DNA of 61,217 nt from Candidatus Woesearchaeota archaeon (lineage in GTDB: Archaea; Nanobdellota; Nanobdellia; Woesearchaeales; ARS49): NCBI GenBank assembly GCA_038884575.1, contig JAWABQ010000003.1:1-61217 (forward strand), read 5' to 3'. A program made the translations under genes and the position numbers. The notes under the pieces are model-generated. The model did no database searches, was not told the DNA's origin, and saw only the letters and a program-made list of their open reading frames with translations. Position 1 is the first letter of the stretch; every line of letters begins with the position of its first letter. This document shows positions 24,801-32,994 of the stretch, one piece after another.

Positions 24801-24955
24801 TGCACGTGGCCTGAGGTGTACGGAGGTCCGTCAAGGAAATAGTATTTTTTCTTGCCAATGCCCCTCTTTTTTGCTTTTTCGTAAATTTGCTCTTTCTCCC
24901 AGAACTTCATCACACCAGGTTCGATTGTTTTTGGGTCATATGAGGCAATTGTCAT
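21806..24955 (-). CDS. ileS: Isoleucine--tRNA ligase
   Basis: The protein is 1049 aa. It has the HIGH motif (PYTSGHVHIGTAWN), KMSKS (GRKMSKSLGN), an editing-domain insertion and Zn-binding Cys pairs (CANCETN, CQRCHNP). Confidence 0.97.
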   Translation of the reverse strand: MTIASYDPKTIEPGVMKFWEKEQIYEKAKKRGIGKKKYYFLDGPPYTSGHVHIGTAWNKALKDAILRYKRMRGLEVWDRAGYDMHGLPTENNIRKKHNLFLRKDIEAFGLDKYNKECEKFAVDMMHQMNRDFERLGVWMDFDRAYIPISREFIEGEWLLVKKAHEQGRLYEGLRTMSWCANCETNLAKHELEYENVKENSIFVKLKIKGKPNEFLIIWTTTPWTIPFNLAVMVNPDLDYVRVQVKNEVWILAKALANAIVQGIAGEFPKIIETFKGNKIEGTEYLHPFEDTVAEYKKIKSESPKTHTVVLSSEYVDASAGSGLVHCAPGCGPEDYEVGYRNKIPAWNSIDEHGRFPEGMGEFSGLIAKKDDKKFVEALKKRCALIAEAPVEHEYAHCQRCHNPVIYRTTRQWFFKVEDLKPQMIEFHKKSKWVPQAAWNAFDSWLKNLRDNSITKQNYWGTPVPIWKCPGCGDYEVISTVEELEEKSKKKIVELHRPWIDRHEIPCKCGQKKRRIPDIMDVWVDAGTVSWNCLDYPGRKDLFDSLFPAEFILEGKDQIRGWFNLLMVAGVLAFGKQSYKNVYMHGYIQDALGRKMSKSLGNYIEPAEVVDKYGADTFRFYTIGAANPGLDLNYNHEDAKLKYKNLIILWNIHNFLIDLAKTIGKNPADLDPKVMETLFSDEERYIMSKLNSTISETTEKFENYHINEVPCLIEDLFLALSRTYVQLVRDKAAVGSENDKEVVLYTLYSCLLETMKLFAPVAPFITEQMYQNLKKEFKLPEESVHLFSWPAADKKKINKDIEAGMQSAGKIIEAALAAREKAKLSLRWPVKCIFVVSANEELLKQARVLDSIIKTQTNAKDIISGKEFAQVKEVVKANQGTIGKTFGHKAPQIIAKIAQESDQSILKSLAKDKKVTLNIGNEKVELGAEHFMIERQVPKHIAAVEAKDFVIYLDTTRTEQLEAEGFAREIMRHVQSLRKEAGLDKRDQITLAIQADSQLVSMLQPWAEAIKEKVGAKQLKLTDQPLARKHAHSSQPKVKDRKFTIAFDRA

Positions 24956-24988
24956 TGGAGAACACCACCAGAAAAGGGGTATAAATAG

Positions 24989-25465
24989 TTACCTGATAAT
25001 CTGCCCTGCCTGCTGCTTTGCAGGGGCTGGTGCTTTTGGGACTGCCGGCTTAGGGGCAGCAGCCGGTTTTGGCGCTGCAGGACTGGTTTCAGCAGGCGCT
25101 GCCTTCTTTTCCTCTGCCTTTGGGGCAGCTGTTTCAGCCTTTTTTTCTTCTTCCTTCTTTGCGCCTTTCTTTGGAGCTTCAGGTTTTTTCTCCTCTTTTG
25201 GGGCGCCGACCATTTCAGCCCTGACAATGCCCTTGTCGTCCTTTGTGGCATTGACTTTTACCCTTGAAGGCGGGTTTTTTATTCCGTGGCTCCAGAGTAT
25301 CATGTTGAGGTATTTGCCGAGCTTTATGCTTTCTGCGTCATCCACCTTCATGTGGCGCATCAGGAACTCGCGTATTGCCCTGACTGCCTTTTTCGCGCGC
25401 TTGTACTTGACTGACTTGAGCCACTCCTTTCTCAGCGGTATTGTGTAAGTTCTTTCGACTGCCAT
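24989..25465 (-). CDS. rpl31e: 50S ribosomal protein L31e with a roughly 70-aa K/E/A/P-rich C-terminal extension
   Basis: The core RTYTIPLRKEWLKSVKYKRAKKAVRAIREFLMRHMK ... NMILWSHGIKNPPSRVKV is L31e. The tail is EEKKPEAPKKGAKKEEEKKAETAAPKAEEKKAAPAETSPAAPKPAAAPKPAVPKAPAPAKQQ. Confidence 0.9.
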   Translation of the reverse strand: MAVERTYTIPLRKEWLKSVKYKRAKKAVRAIREFLMRHMKVDDAESIKLGKYLNMILWSHGIKNPPSRVKVNATKDDKGIVRAEMVGAPKEEKKPEAPKKGAKKEEEKKAETAAPKAEEKKAAPAETSPAAPKPAAAPKPAVPKAPAPAKQQAGQIIR

Positions 25466-25466
25466 T

Positions 25467-25640
25467 TTATACCTTCATCTTCTGCCTGCGCCACGAGCGC
25501 TTGACAAATGTGTGCCTGCCAGGGTGCACCCTCCTGCCCTTGCCGTATATCTTCGGCACTGTCCAGAAAGGCGCCCATTTTGTCTGGCGCCCTTTTTTTG
25601 CAATGCGCTTTTTCCTTGCAGGATGCTTGTATCTTGACAT
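25467..25640 (-). CDS. rpl39e: 50S ribosomal protein L39e (57 aa; below the ORF-track cutoff)
   Basis: My translation is MSRYKHPARKKRIAKKGRQTKWAPFWTVPKIYGKGRRVHPGRHTFVKRSWRRQKMKV. It lies in the conserved archaeal S19e-L39e-L31e order, 1-2 nt from both neighbours. Confidence 0.9.
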   Translation of the reverse strand: MSRYKHPARKKRIAKKGRQTKWAPFWTVPKIYGKGRRVHPGRHTFVKRSWRRQKMKV

Positions 25641-25642
25641 TT

Positions 25643-26350
25643 TCATTCACTCTTTTGGGTTTCTTGTGCAGGGGCTTGCGCTTGGGGCTGCGGTGCTGTT
25701 GGCGCAGGCGCTTCCTCTTTTTTCTTTCTTGGTGTGCGCTTTTTCTTTGGAGCCTCAGGCGCACCCGGAGCCTCGCCTGTTTGGGCTGTTGCAGCAGGGG
25801 CTTCAGCTGGCGCTGCCTCCTGGGCTGGTTTCTTCCTGACCCTTGCCTTCTTGGCAGGCTTTTCCTTTGGAAGCTCTGTGATGTGCAAATCCCCTTCTGG
25901 CTTTTTTGGAAGGACAATGTTGTTTTCCTTCATGTAAGCGTCAGCAATCTTGCCAAGGAATGACAATCCCTGTGGCGTTATTGTCCTGCCTTTGTGCAGC
26001 CCCTTGTCAATTTTCTTTGCAAAGCCTGCCTTTTCCAGCTGCTGCAGGATTTTCCTCAGTATGTTTCCTGAGCCCTTGAAGAACCTTTCTGGCGCGTGGC
26101 CGCGGTTTTTCCTTCCGCCGTACAAAGTCCTGAGCTTTTGCACCCCTATTGGGCCGTCTGAGTCGCTCAGCCTGCGGAGGATTGCTGCTGCGCGCACAAA
26201 CCACCAGTCATCCCTTGACGGCTGGCGCTGCTTGAACATCCCTGTCTTGACAAACAATGCCCATTGCGGCGGCTTTATGGAATCCACTTTCTGCAGTTCT
26301 TTTGCTGCCCTTTCAATGAGCTCTGTCTTTGGAATTTCGTATAAACCCAT
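25643..26350 (-). CDS. rps19e: 30S ribosomal protein S19e with a roughly 85-aa K/A/P/E/Q-rich C-terminal extension
   Basis: The core PPQWALFVKTGMFKQRQPSRDDWWFVRAAAILRRL ... LRTLYGGRKNRGHAPERFFKGSGNILRKILQQLEKAGF is S19e. The tail is KEKPAKKARVRKKPAQEAAPAEAPAATAQ ... PQAQAPAQETQKSE. Confidence 0.9.
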   Translation of the reverse strand: MGLYEIPKTELIERAAKELQKVDSIKPPQWALFVKTGMFKQRQPSRDDWWFVRAAAILRRLSDSDGPIGVQKLRTLYGGRKNRGHAPERFFKGSGNILRKILQQLEKAGFAKKIDKGLHKGRTITPQGLSFLGKIADAYMKENNIVLPKKPEGDLHITELPKEKPAKKARVRKKPAQEAAPAEAPAATAQTGEAPGAPEAPKKKRTPRKKKEEAPAPTAPQPQAQAPAQETQKSE

Positions 26351-26457
26351 TGTTTCCCTCTAGATGGCCTTGCGGCCTACTTTGGACATCACGAGGAATG
26401 TCCAGAATAACCATCAAACAAAGCAGCCTCTTTAAAAAGGTTTCTATAATAGTTACC

Positions 26458-26465
26458 TTTTTATA
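26458..26465 (+). promoter_or_regulatory. TATA box of thrS (leaderless arrangement)
   Basis: tttttata is centred 26 nt upstream of ATG 26488. Confidence 0.6.
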
Positions 26466-26487
26466 CAGCATCCCTAAATCAGCATTC

Positions 26488-28383
26488 ATGCCGTCTGTTG
26501 TAGTGAATGGCAGGAAAAAGCAATATCCAGGGCCAGTATCCGGGATAGAGCTTTCAAAAGAACTTAAGTTAGAGGGCAAGGCTCTCGCAATGAAGGTAAA
26601 TGGGGAGCTGAAAGACCTTTCTTCAAAAATTGACAAGGATGCAGAAGTAAGGCTATTGACCTTTGAGGACAGGGAGGGAAAAGAGGTTTTTTGGCATACT
26701 GCAGCGCACATATTTGCCTGCGCAGTCAAGCAAATGTATCCTGATGCCCTGAACACAATCGGCCCTGCTGTAGAGGACGGGTTTTATTATGACTTTGACA
26801 ACCTGAAAATAACCCCTGCTGACTTTGAAAAGGTTGAGCAGCGGATGGGGGAAATAATTGCCAAAAAGCTGCCGTGCGAGAGAAAGGAAATGGCGCTTGC
26901 CGAGATAAACAGCATTTTTGTTGACAATCCTTACAAGAGGGAGCTTGCAGAGGAATTTGCAAAAGGCGGGAAAAAGCTGACTGTTTACACTCTTGGCAGC
27001 GAATTCTTGGATTTATGCGAGGGTCCGCACCTGCCAGACACTGGCTATGTCAAGGCTGTGAAGCTGATGAGCATTGCAATGGCATTCTGGAAGGGTGACC
27101 AGAAGAACAGGCAGCTGACAAGGGTTTACGGCACAGCATTCCCTGACGAGAAAATGCTCAAAAAGCACCTTGAATTCCTTAAGGAGCTTGAATTAAGGGA
27201 CCACAGGAAGCTTGGCAAGGACCTTGAACTGTTCACTTTCCACGAATGGAGCCCTGGAAGCCCGTTCCTGCTTCCAAAAGGAACAATTGTTTACAACGAG
27301 CTGCTTAATTTTATCAGGGGGGAATACAAAAAGCGCGGCTACCAGGAGGTCATCACTCCGCAATTGTTCAACAAGGCATTATGGGAAAAGAGCGGGCACT
27401 GGGAGCACTTCAAGGAAAACATGTTCTTGATGGAAGTGGATGGCGAGGAATTCTCGCTAAAGCCAATGAACTGCCCGTCGCACTGCCTGATTTACCAGCT
27501 CAAAAACCATTCGTACAGGGAGCTGCCCCTGAGGATTGCGGACTTCTGCTATCTGCACCGCAATGAACTGCGCGGCGCACTTGGCGGAATGACTCGCGTG
27601 AGGAAAATGAGCCAGGACGACGCGCACATTTACTGCGCTCCAGAGCAGATACAGTCAGAAATCAAGGACTTGCTTGATTTTGTTAAATTAATTTACAAGG
27701 ACATTTTTAAGATGGAATATTCTGCAAAGCTGAGCACAAAGCCTGAAAAGGCAATGGGCTCTCCAAAGCAGTGGGAGCAGGCAGAAGATGCGCTGAAAAA
27801 GGCTCTTGATGATGCAAAGATGAAGTATGTTGTTAAGCCAGGCGAGGGGGCATTTTACGGTCCAAAGATTGATTTTGATGTCAAGGACGCTTTGGGAAGG
27901 GACTGGCAGTGCGCAACAATACAGCTTGACTTCCAGATGCCTTTGCGCTTTGACCTGAAATACATGGCTCCTGACAATACGTTGAAGACTCCTGTGATGA
28001 TTCACCGCGCAATACTTGGCACGCTGGAAAGGTTTATCGGGGTTATTACAGAGCACTTTGCAGGAAAGTTCCCCTTGTGGCTCTCCCCTGTGCAGGCAAG
28101 GGTGATTCCTGTTGCAGAGGCATTTGTTGACTATGCAAGGTCAATAGGCGCAAAATACCAAAAGGAGGGAATAAGGGTCGAGGTTGATGAGAGCCAGGAG
28201 ACGCTTAACAAGAAAATCAGGAATGCGGAGCTTGACAAGATAAACTATGTGCTTGTTGTCGGCGGAAAGGAAATGGAAAACAAGACAATCAATGTTCGCA
28301 CAAGGGACAACAAGGTTTCAGGTGAAAAGAAGGTTGATGAATTCCTTGAACAGCTGAAAAAGGAAATCGCTGAAAAGAAGTAA
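26488..28383 (+). CDS. thrS: Threonine--tRNA ligase (TGS domain, class II core, anticodon-binding domain)
   Basis: The start is taken at MPSVVVNGRKK (TGS-like N-terminus); the listed 26329 start would overlap rps19e. It shows class II motifs (FRHEWSPGSPF-type region, RVRKMSQDDAHIY, GAFYGPKIDF) and Zn-site residues (MNCPSHCLIY). Confidence 0.93.
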   Translation: MPSVVVNGRKKQYPGPVSGIELSKELKLEGKALAMKVNGELKDLSSKIDKDAEVRLLTFEDREGKEVFWHTAAHIFACAVKQMYPDALNTIGPAVEDGFYYDFDNLKITPADFEKVEQRMGEIIAKKLPCERKEMALAEINSIFVDNPYKRELAEEFAKGGKKLTVYTLGSEFLDLCEGPHLPDTGYVKAVKLMSIAMAFWKGDQKNRQLTRVYGTAFPDEKMLKKHLEFLKELELRDHRKLGKDLELFTFHEWSPGSPFLLPKGTIVYNELLNFIRGEYKKRGYQEVITPQLFNKALWEKSGHWEHFKENMFLMEVDGEEFSLKPMNCPSHCLIYQLKNHSYRELPLRIADFCYLHRNELRGALGGMTRVRKMSQDDAHIYCAPEQIQSEIKDLLDFVKLIYKDIFKMEYSAKLSTKPEKAMGSPKQWEQAEDALKKALDDAKMKYVVKPGEGAFYGPKIDFDVKDALGRDWQCATIQLDFQMPLRFDLKYMAPDNTLKTPVMIHRAILGTLERFIGVITEHFAGKFPLWLSPVQARVIPVAEAFVDYARSIGAKYQKEGIRVEVDESQETLNKKIRNAELDKINYVLVVGGKEMENKTINVRTRDNKVSGEKKVDEFLEQLKKEIAEKK

Positions 28384-28403
28384 GCTTAAATACTGCTTTC
28401 TAT

Positions 28404-28901
28404 TTGCATTCATTTGTGGGATTTGAAAGGGGATTGGCAGCGACAGCAGCAGTCTTAGCGATAGTCCTGCTTTCTTTGAGCATGAACCTGCTGTTTCTGC
28501 AGCATCCAAGGGAGGAATTGACAGCAGGGGTGCAGGCCACAGGAATGCTTCCTGCTGACAGGATACAAAAAGACCAAGTGCAGGTTTACACAGACCACGT
28601 TTCAATAAGCATCCCCGGAGTCAGGTGGGCGAACTTTTCAGCAACAGGCTCAATGCTTCCTGTGCTTGGCTCAGGGGCGTATGCCTTGCAGGTTGTGCCC
28701 TTGAATGCTGGTGAAATCCAGGTCGGCGACATTGTATCTTACAAGTATGAGGGCAAAATAATAATCCACAGGGTTATTGAAATAAACAGTGACGAGTCAG
28801 GGTGGTATGCAATAACAAAAGGCGATAACAACCCAGAGCCAGACCCAGAGCCTGTGAGGTTTTCCCAGATTGACAGGGTTGTTGTGGGCATACTTTACTG
28901 A
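28404..28901 (+). CDS. Signal peptidase I, archaeal/eukaryotic Sec11 type (S26B)
   Basis: It has an N-terminal signal-anchor helix, a catalytic-Ser box ATGSMLPVL, and IIHRVIEI ... AITKGDNNPEPD (the conserved GDNN box). The start must be non-ATG (TTG 28404 or GTG 28416) to include the anchor. Confidence 0.75.
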   Translation: MHSFVGFERGLAATAAVLAIVLLSLSMNLLFLQHPREELTAGVQATGMLPADRIQKDQVQVYTDHVSISIPGVRWANFSATGSMLPVLGSGAYALQVVPLNAGEIQVGDIVSYKYEGKIIIHRVIEINSDESGWYAITKGDNNPEPDPEPVRFSQIDRVVVGILY

Positions 28902-28902
28902 T

Positions 28903-29553
28903 TCAGGCAGTTTCTTTGCATGATTCCCGCAATTCCTCGTTCTTTATTGCATTGCATCCTTTTGTGTTGTTGTTAAACCTGGAAACAACTGCAATGCATT
29001 CGTCAGTCGGGCTGCTCCAAAGCCCCATGGATGTTATTTCCTTGCAGATTTCAGGGTTTTTTTCTGTGGCTGCAATGCACTGTATGCACAATGTTTTGAG
29101 CAGTTTGTCATGTTTTTTGCAGTCGTCCAGCGTGAACTCAAATGCCCTGCCAAAATCCTCTGCTTTGACAACAGAATACCTTGTTTTGTTCAATTCCCAG
29201 TGCTCATACATAAGCCCGCAGGTCATTGTCATCACAACTCTTGAATTGTCCACAAGAGCCAAGCCTGCTGGCTTTGGAATTGAAACAATCGGGTGCGCAA
29301 TTCTTGTGCAGTTCAGCTCATCACACGATTCCACAATGATTGCAGTCTCGTTTTTTGAAACAACAAGTTCAGGAACGCACTGCGTCTGGATAACATCGCC
29401 CTTGTCTGCAAGGACGCAAAGCTGCGATTTCACATAGACAGGGTTCTTTTCAAGCAGCTTGTCTATCTTTTCCTGGAATTTCTCAACATCGCTCTTGGGC
29501 TTGAACAATGAGCATGCAGCAAGAAACAACAAAAGCAAGGCAAGCCATTTCAT
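28903..29553 (-). CDS. Cys-rich lipoprotein, function unknown
   Basis: MKWLALLLLFLAACSLF carries a lipobox-like LAAC. There are more than 12 Cys in the mature part. Confidence 0.55.
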   Translation of the reverse strand: MKWLALLLLFLAACSLFKPKSDVEKFQEKIDKLLEKNPVYVKSQLCVLADKGDVIQTQCVPELVVSKNETAIIVESCDELNCTRIAHPIVSIPKPAGLALVDNSRVVMTMTCGLMYEHWELNKTRYSVVKAEDFGRAFEFTLDDCKKHDKLLKTLCIQCIAATEKNPEICKEITSMGLWSSPTDECIAVVSRFNNNTKGCNAIKNEELRESCKETA

Positions 29554-29639
29554 GTTTTGTCCTCATCCGGTTTGATATTTAAGCTTTGGGTTTGAAAATG
29601 ACCAAAAGCTTTTATACTTCTTTGAGAGATTTTTTTGTT

Positions 29640-29990
29640 ATGGCAGAATACAAGCAGGTCATCCTTGTAAGGCATGATTTGAAGATGACTAAGGGAAAAA
29701 TGGCAGCACAAGTAAGCCATGCGTCTGTTGAGGCCTTATTGAAGTCCCACGCTGATGACAGGGACAAGTGGAGGCAGCAGGGAATGAAAAAAGTTGTGCT
29801 GAAAGTCAAGGACCTGAATGAGCTTCTTGAATACAGGAGAAAGGCAGAGGATGCTGGGCTTGTTGTTGCCCTGATTACTGATGCTGGACACACGCAATTG
29901 GCTCCAGGAACAACAACCTGCCTTGGCATAGGTCCTGACAAGGCGGAAAAGATAGACAAAATTACAGGAAGTCTGCAGCTGATAAGCTGA
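29640..29990 (+). CDS. pth2: Peptidyl-tRNA hydrolase, archaeal type (Pth2)
   Basis: YKQVILVRHDLKMTKGKMAAQVSHAS and LITDAGHTQLAPGTTTCLGIGP are Pth2 signatures. The TATA ttttatac (29610-29617) is centred 26 nt upstream of ATG 29640. Confidence 0.9.
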   Translation: MAEYKQVILVRHDLKMTKGKMAAQVSHASVEALLKSHADDRDKWRQQGMKKVVLKVKDLNELLEYRRKAEDAGLVVALITDAGHTQLAPGTTTCLGIGPDKAEKIDKITGSLQLIS

Positions 29991-30033
29991 ATTTAATAAG
30001 ATTTATAAACACCTTCTTGATTTTTCGGAGAGT

Positions 30034-30450
30034 ATGGTTAGTTTCAAGGTTGTCATTGGGACAAAGGAGGGCAAATGCCTGCAGAAAGAGGTAGCAGAGC
30101 CTGACGCAAACCACTTCCTTGGCAAGAAAGTGGGTGACAAGATTGCTGGCGAGGCAATAGGCTTTACAGGCTATGAGTTTGAGATTACAGGCGGCTCTGA
30201 CTATGCGGGCTTTCCGATGAGAAAAGACATTCCCGGAGTCGGAAGGAAGCGCATCCTTGCTGTCGAGGGCATCGGGCTCAAGAAAATCGCGAAAGGAATC
30301 AGGGTGAGGAAGACAGTGTGCGGAAACACAATACACCCAAAGATTGCGCAGATAAACATGAAAGTCACAAAGGCAGGCAGTGCGTCGTTGCCACTACCAG
30401 AACCAAAGCCAAAAGAAAAGAAGGAAGAAAAGAAAGAGGAAAAGAAGTAA
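30034..30450 (+). CDS. rps6e: 30S ribosomal protein S6e (with a short KE-rich tail)
   Basis: FKVVIGTKEGKCLQKEV ... FEITGGSDYAGFPMRKDIPGVGRKRIL is present. The TATA tttataaa lies at 30002-30009. Confidence 0.9.
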   Translation: MVSFKVVIGTKEGKCLQKEVAEPDANHFLGKKVGDKIAGEAIGFTGYEFEITGGSDYAGFPMRKDIPGVGRKRILAVEGIGLKKIAKGIRVRKTVCGNTIHPKIAQINMKVTKAGSASLPLPEPKPKEKKEEKKEEKK

Positions 30451-30463
30451 TTCTCGAATAACA

Positions 30464-30471
30464 TTTATATA
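30464..30471 (+). promoter_or_regulatory. TATA box of polB (leaderless arrangement)
   Basis: tttatata is centred 26 nt upstream of ATG 30494. Confidence 0.6.
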
Positions 30472-30493
30472 TTCTCAGCCAGTCAGTTTTGCC

Positions 30494-32941
30494 ATGGTAG
30501 CAGTCCAGTTCTATCCTGTGGATGCAACGTACAAGGTGGTAAACGGCAAGCCGCAGGTTTATTTGTTCGGCAGGACAATTGCGGGCGAGCAGGTTTGCGT
30601 TATTGATGCGAATATCGAGCCTTACTTTTACGTAATCCCGCGAAAAGGGGAAGACCCGACTGCAGACCTGCTCAAGCTCAAGGCAGAGCGTATGGGCGAG
30701 AATTATTCTGTTGTGCGCGTTGAGCCTGTGAAGAAAAAATACATAGAGCAGCCTGTTGATGCCCTGAAGGTCTTTGTGAATCTCCCAAAGGCTGTTTCTG
30801 AATTAAAAGACGCTGTGCGCGCGCTTCCTGGCGTGCTTTCGATGCACGAGTATGACATTCAGTTTGTAAGGCGCTACTTCATTGACAAGGGCATAACACC
30901 GTTGACGCTTGTGAATGCAGAAGGCGAGCCTGCTGTTGAGAAGCTGAAAGTGCCTGCAATAAAGGCATCAAAGATAGAACAAGCTGCAGAGACAACGCTT
31001 GCAAAGCCAAGGGTTATGACAGTTGACATTGAGACATACAACCCGTCAGGAAAGCACGTCTCGGCTGACAAGCACCCCATACTGATGATTGGGCTTGTCG
31101 GGGATAATTTCAAAAAAGTTCTGACCTGGAAAAAGATTGAAGGGGCTGAAAAATATGTTGAATTCCTGCCGTCAGAGGCAGATGTGCTTGACAGGTTTGC
31201 AGACCTTGTCAATGAGTACAAGCCTGACATGATATCTGGCTATTATTCAGACGGCTTTGACTTCCCGTATATCCGCGCAAGGGCTACAAAAAACAGGGTT
31301 TCTTTGGATCTTGGCTTGGATTATTCAGAATTAAGGATTGAGGGAAGGGCAAGCACAGCTGCAAAAATAACAGGGATTGCGCACATAGACATCCTCAGGA
31401 TTGTGAAAAAGCTCCTTGTGAAGGTTATGGAGACTGACATTTTCACCCTTGACGCTGTCGCAAAGGAACTGCTGGGAAAGGGAAAGCATTCTGCTGACAT
31501 TGAAAAGCTTGCAGGCGCGTGGGACTCGAATGACCACACGCTGCTTGCCGAGTTTGCAAAATACAATTTGCAGGATGCAGAGCTGGCTTATGAGCTTGCG
31601 CGGCTGACAATGCCAAACCTGATTGAGATGGTGAAGATAGTCGGGCAGCTGCCTTATGACATCAACAGGATGGGTTTTTCGCAGCTGGTTGAATGGTTTG
31701 CGATGAGGCAGGCGTTCCTGCTTGGCGAGATTGCGCCCAACAAGCCGAGCTATCGCGAGCAGTCAAGGAGGGCAAGGGACAGGATAAAGGGCGCGTTTGT
31801 GTTCGAGCCAAAGCCGGGATTGTATGAGAACATTGCAGTATGCGACTACCGTTCTTTGTATCCGACAATCATTGCCTCGCACAACATCTCGCCCGGAATG
31901 CGGAATTGCTCGTGCTGTCCTGACGCGCCACAAATCAAGACAGACAGGGGAACATTCTGGTACTGCCAGAAGCGCAAGGGCTTTGTGAGCGGAATCATTG
32001 AGGATTTGATAACAAGGAGGGCAAGGATAAAGGACATCCTGCGCAAGGGCGACAAGGACCAGTTATTGCACGCAAGAAGCTGGGCATTGAAGGATTTGGC
32101 TAACTCATTCTACGGTTATCTTGGATTCTCAGCAGCCAGGTGGTACTGCATTGAGTGCGCAGAAAGCACAACAGCATGGGAAAGGGAATACATACATGGA
32201 GTCATTGAAAAAGCAAAAAAAGAAGACTATGCCGTCTTGTATTCAGACACTGATTCAGTATTCTTGGGGCTTGGAAACAAAACTCCCGACGATGTTCAGG
32301 CATTTGTTGACAGAATAAACAGCACCCTGCCCAAACCAATGGAGCTTGAGTATGAGGGCTTCTATCCAGCAGGAATCTTTGTTGCAGTAAAGGCAAGCGA
32401 GGCAGGCGCAAAGAAAAAATATGCATTAATGAACCAGAAAGGGCAGATAAAAATAGCAGGTTTTGAAACAGTCAGGAGAAACTGGAGCCCAATCGCAAGA
32501 CAAACACAAAAAAGAGTCCTTGAACTGTTGTTGTCAGCCAAAAAACCCGATGCGGCGCTTGAATACCTGAAAAAAATTGTTGACGACCTCAAGCAGAACA
32601 AGATTCCACTCAATGATGTTGTGATTCACACCGCCCTGAGCAAGGACATCTCAGAATACGAAAGCGCAGGGCCGCACGTTGCAGCAGCACAAAGAATGCA
32701 AGCATTAGGGCAACAGGTAGGTCCTGGAGTATTAATCCGCTATGTAGTCATAAAAGGCAAGGGCAGAATCCGTGATAAGGTCAAGCTGCCGGAAGAGGCA
32801 AGACAGGAGGAATACGACGCGGATTATTACGTAAACAACCAACTCCTGCCCGGCGTTGAAAGAATATTTGACGTGTTCGGAATAAAGATTGCCGATTACT
32901 TTGCAGAAAAAGAGCAAAGCGCGCTGAGCAAATTTTTCTAG
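30494..32941 (+). CDS. polB: Family-B DNA polymerase (815 aa, no intein)
   Basis: It has Exo I (MTVDIETYN), Exo II/III regions, Pol motif A (CDYRSLYPTII), motif B (KDLANSFYGYLG) and motif C (VLYSDTDSVF). The listed start 30380 runs through the rps6e tail and is rejected. Confidence 0.95.
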   Translation: MVAVQFYPVDATYKVVNGKPQVYLFGRTIAGEQVCVIDANIEPYFYVIPRKGEDPTADLLKLKAERMGENYSVVRVEPVKKKYIEQPVDALKVFVNLPKAVSELKDAVRALPGVLSMHEYDIQFVRRYFIDKGITPLTLVNAEGEPAVEKLKVPAIKASKIEQAAETTLAKPRVMTVDIETYNPSGKHVSADKHPILMIGLVGDNFKKVLTWKKIEGAEKYVEFLPSEADVLDRFADLVNEYKPDMISGYYSDGFDFPYIRARATKNRVSLDLGLDYSELRIEGRASTAAKITGIAHIDILRIVKKLLVKVMETDIFTLDAVAKELLGKGKHSADIEKLAGAWDSNDHTLLAEFAKYNLQDAELAYELARLTMPNLIEMVKIVGQLPYDINRMGFSQLVEWFAMRQAFLLGEIAPNKPSYREQSRRARDRIKGAFVFEPKPGLYENIAVCDYRSLYPTIIASHNISPGMRNCSCCPDAPQIKTDRGTFWYCQKRKGFVSGIIEDLITRRARIKDILRKGDKDQLLHARSWALKDLANSFYGYLGFSAARWYCIECAESTTAWEREYIHGVIEKAKKEDYAVLYSDTDSVFLGLGNKTPDDVQAFVDRINSTLPKPMELEYEGFYPAGIFVAVKASEAGAKKKYALMNQKGQIKIAGFETVRRNWSPIARQTQKRVLELLLSAKKPDAALEYLKKIVDDLKQNKIPLNDVVIHTALSKDISEYESAGPHVAAAQRMQALGQQVGPGVLIRYVVIKGKGRIRDKVKLPEEARQEEYDADYYVNNQLLPGVERIFDVFGIKIADYFAEKEQSALSKFF

Positions 32942-32994
32942 TATTCAATAACCCCAATAGGCTCGCTTCGCTCGCAACGGGACACTCTCGGGTA

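Noticed and set aside
30380-30493. N-terminal extensions of ORF-track entries: polB from 30380, thrS from 26329, rrp41 from 53449, rpoK from 51909, the YD lipoprotein from 19839, and the orphan from 57752.
   Set aside because: The extensions overlap the preceding gene and translate to junk or K/R-rich read-through of neighbouring tails. Each has an internal ATG that follows a TATA box at -26 or sits 1-5 nt after the upstream stop.
30494-32941. An intein or split arrangement in the family-B DNA polymerase.
   Set aside because: The length (815 aa) and the contiguous motif order Exo I-III, A (SLYPT), B and C (YSDTDS) leave no room for an intein.
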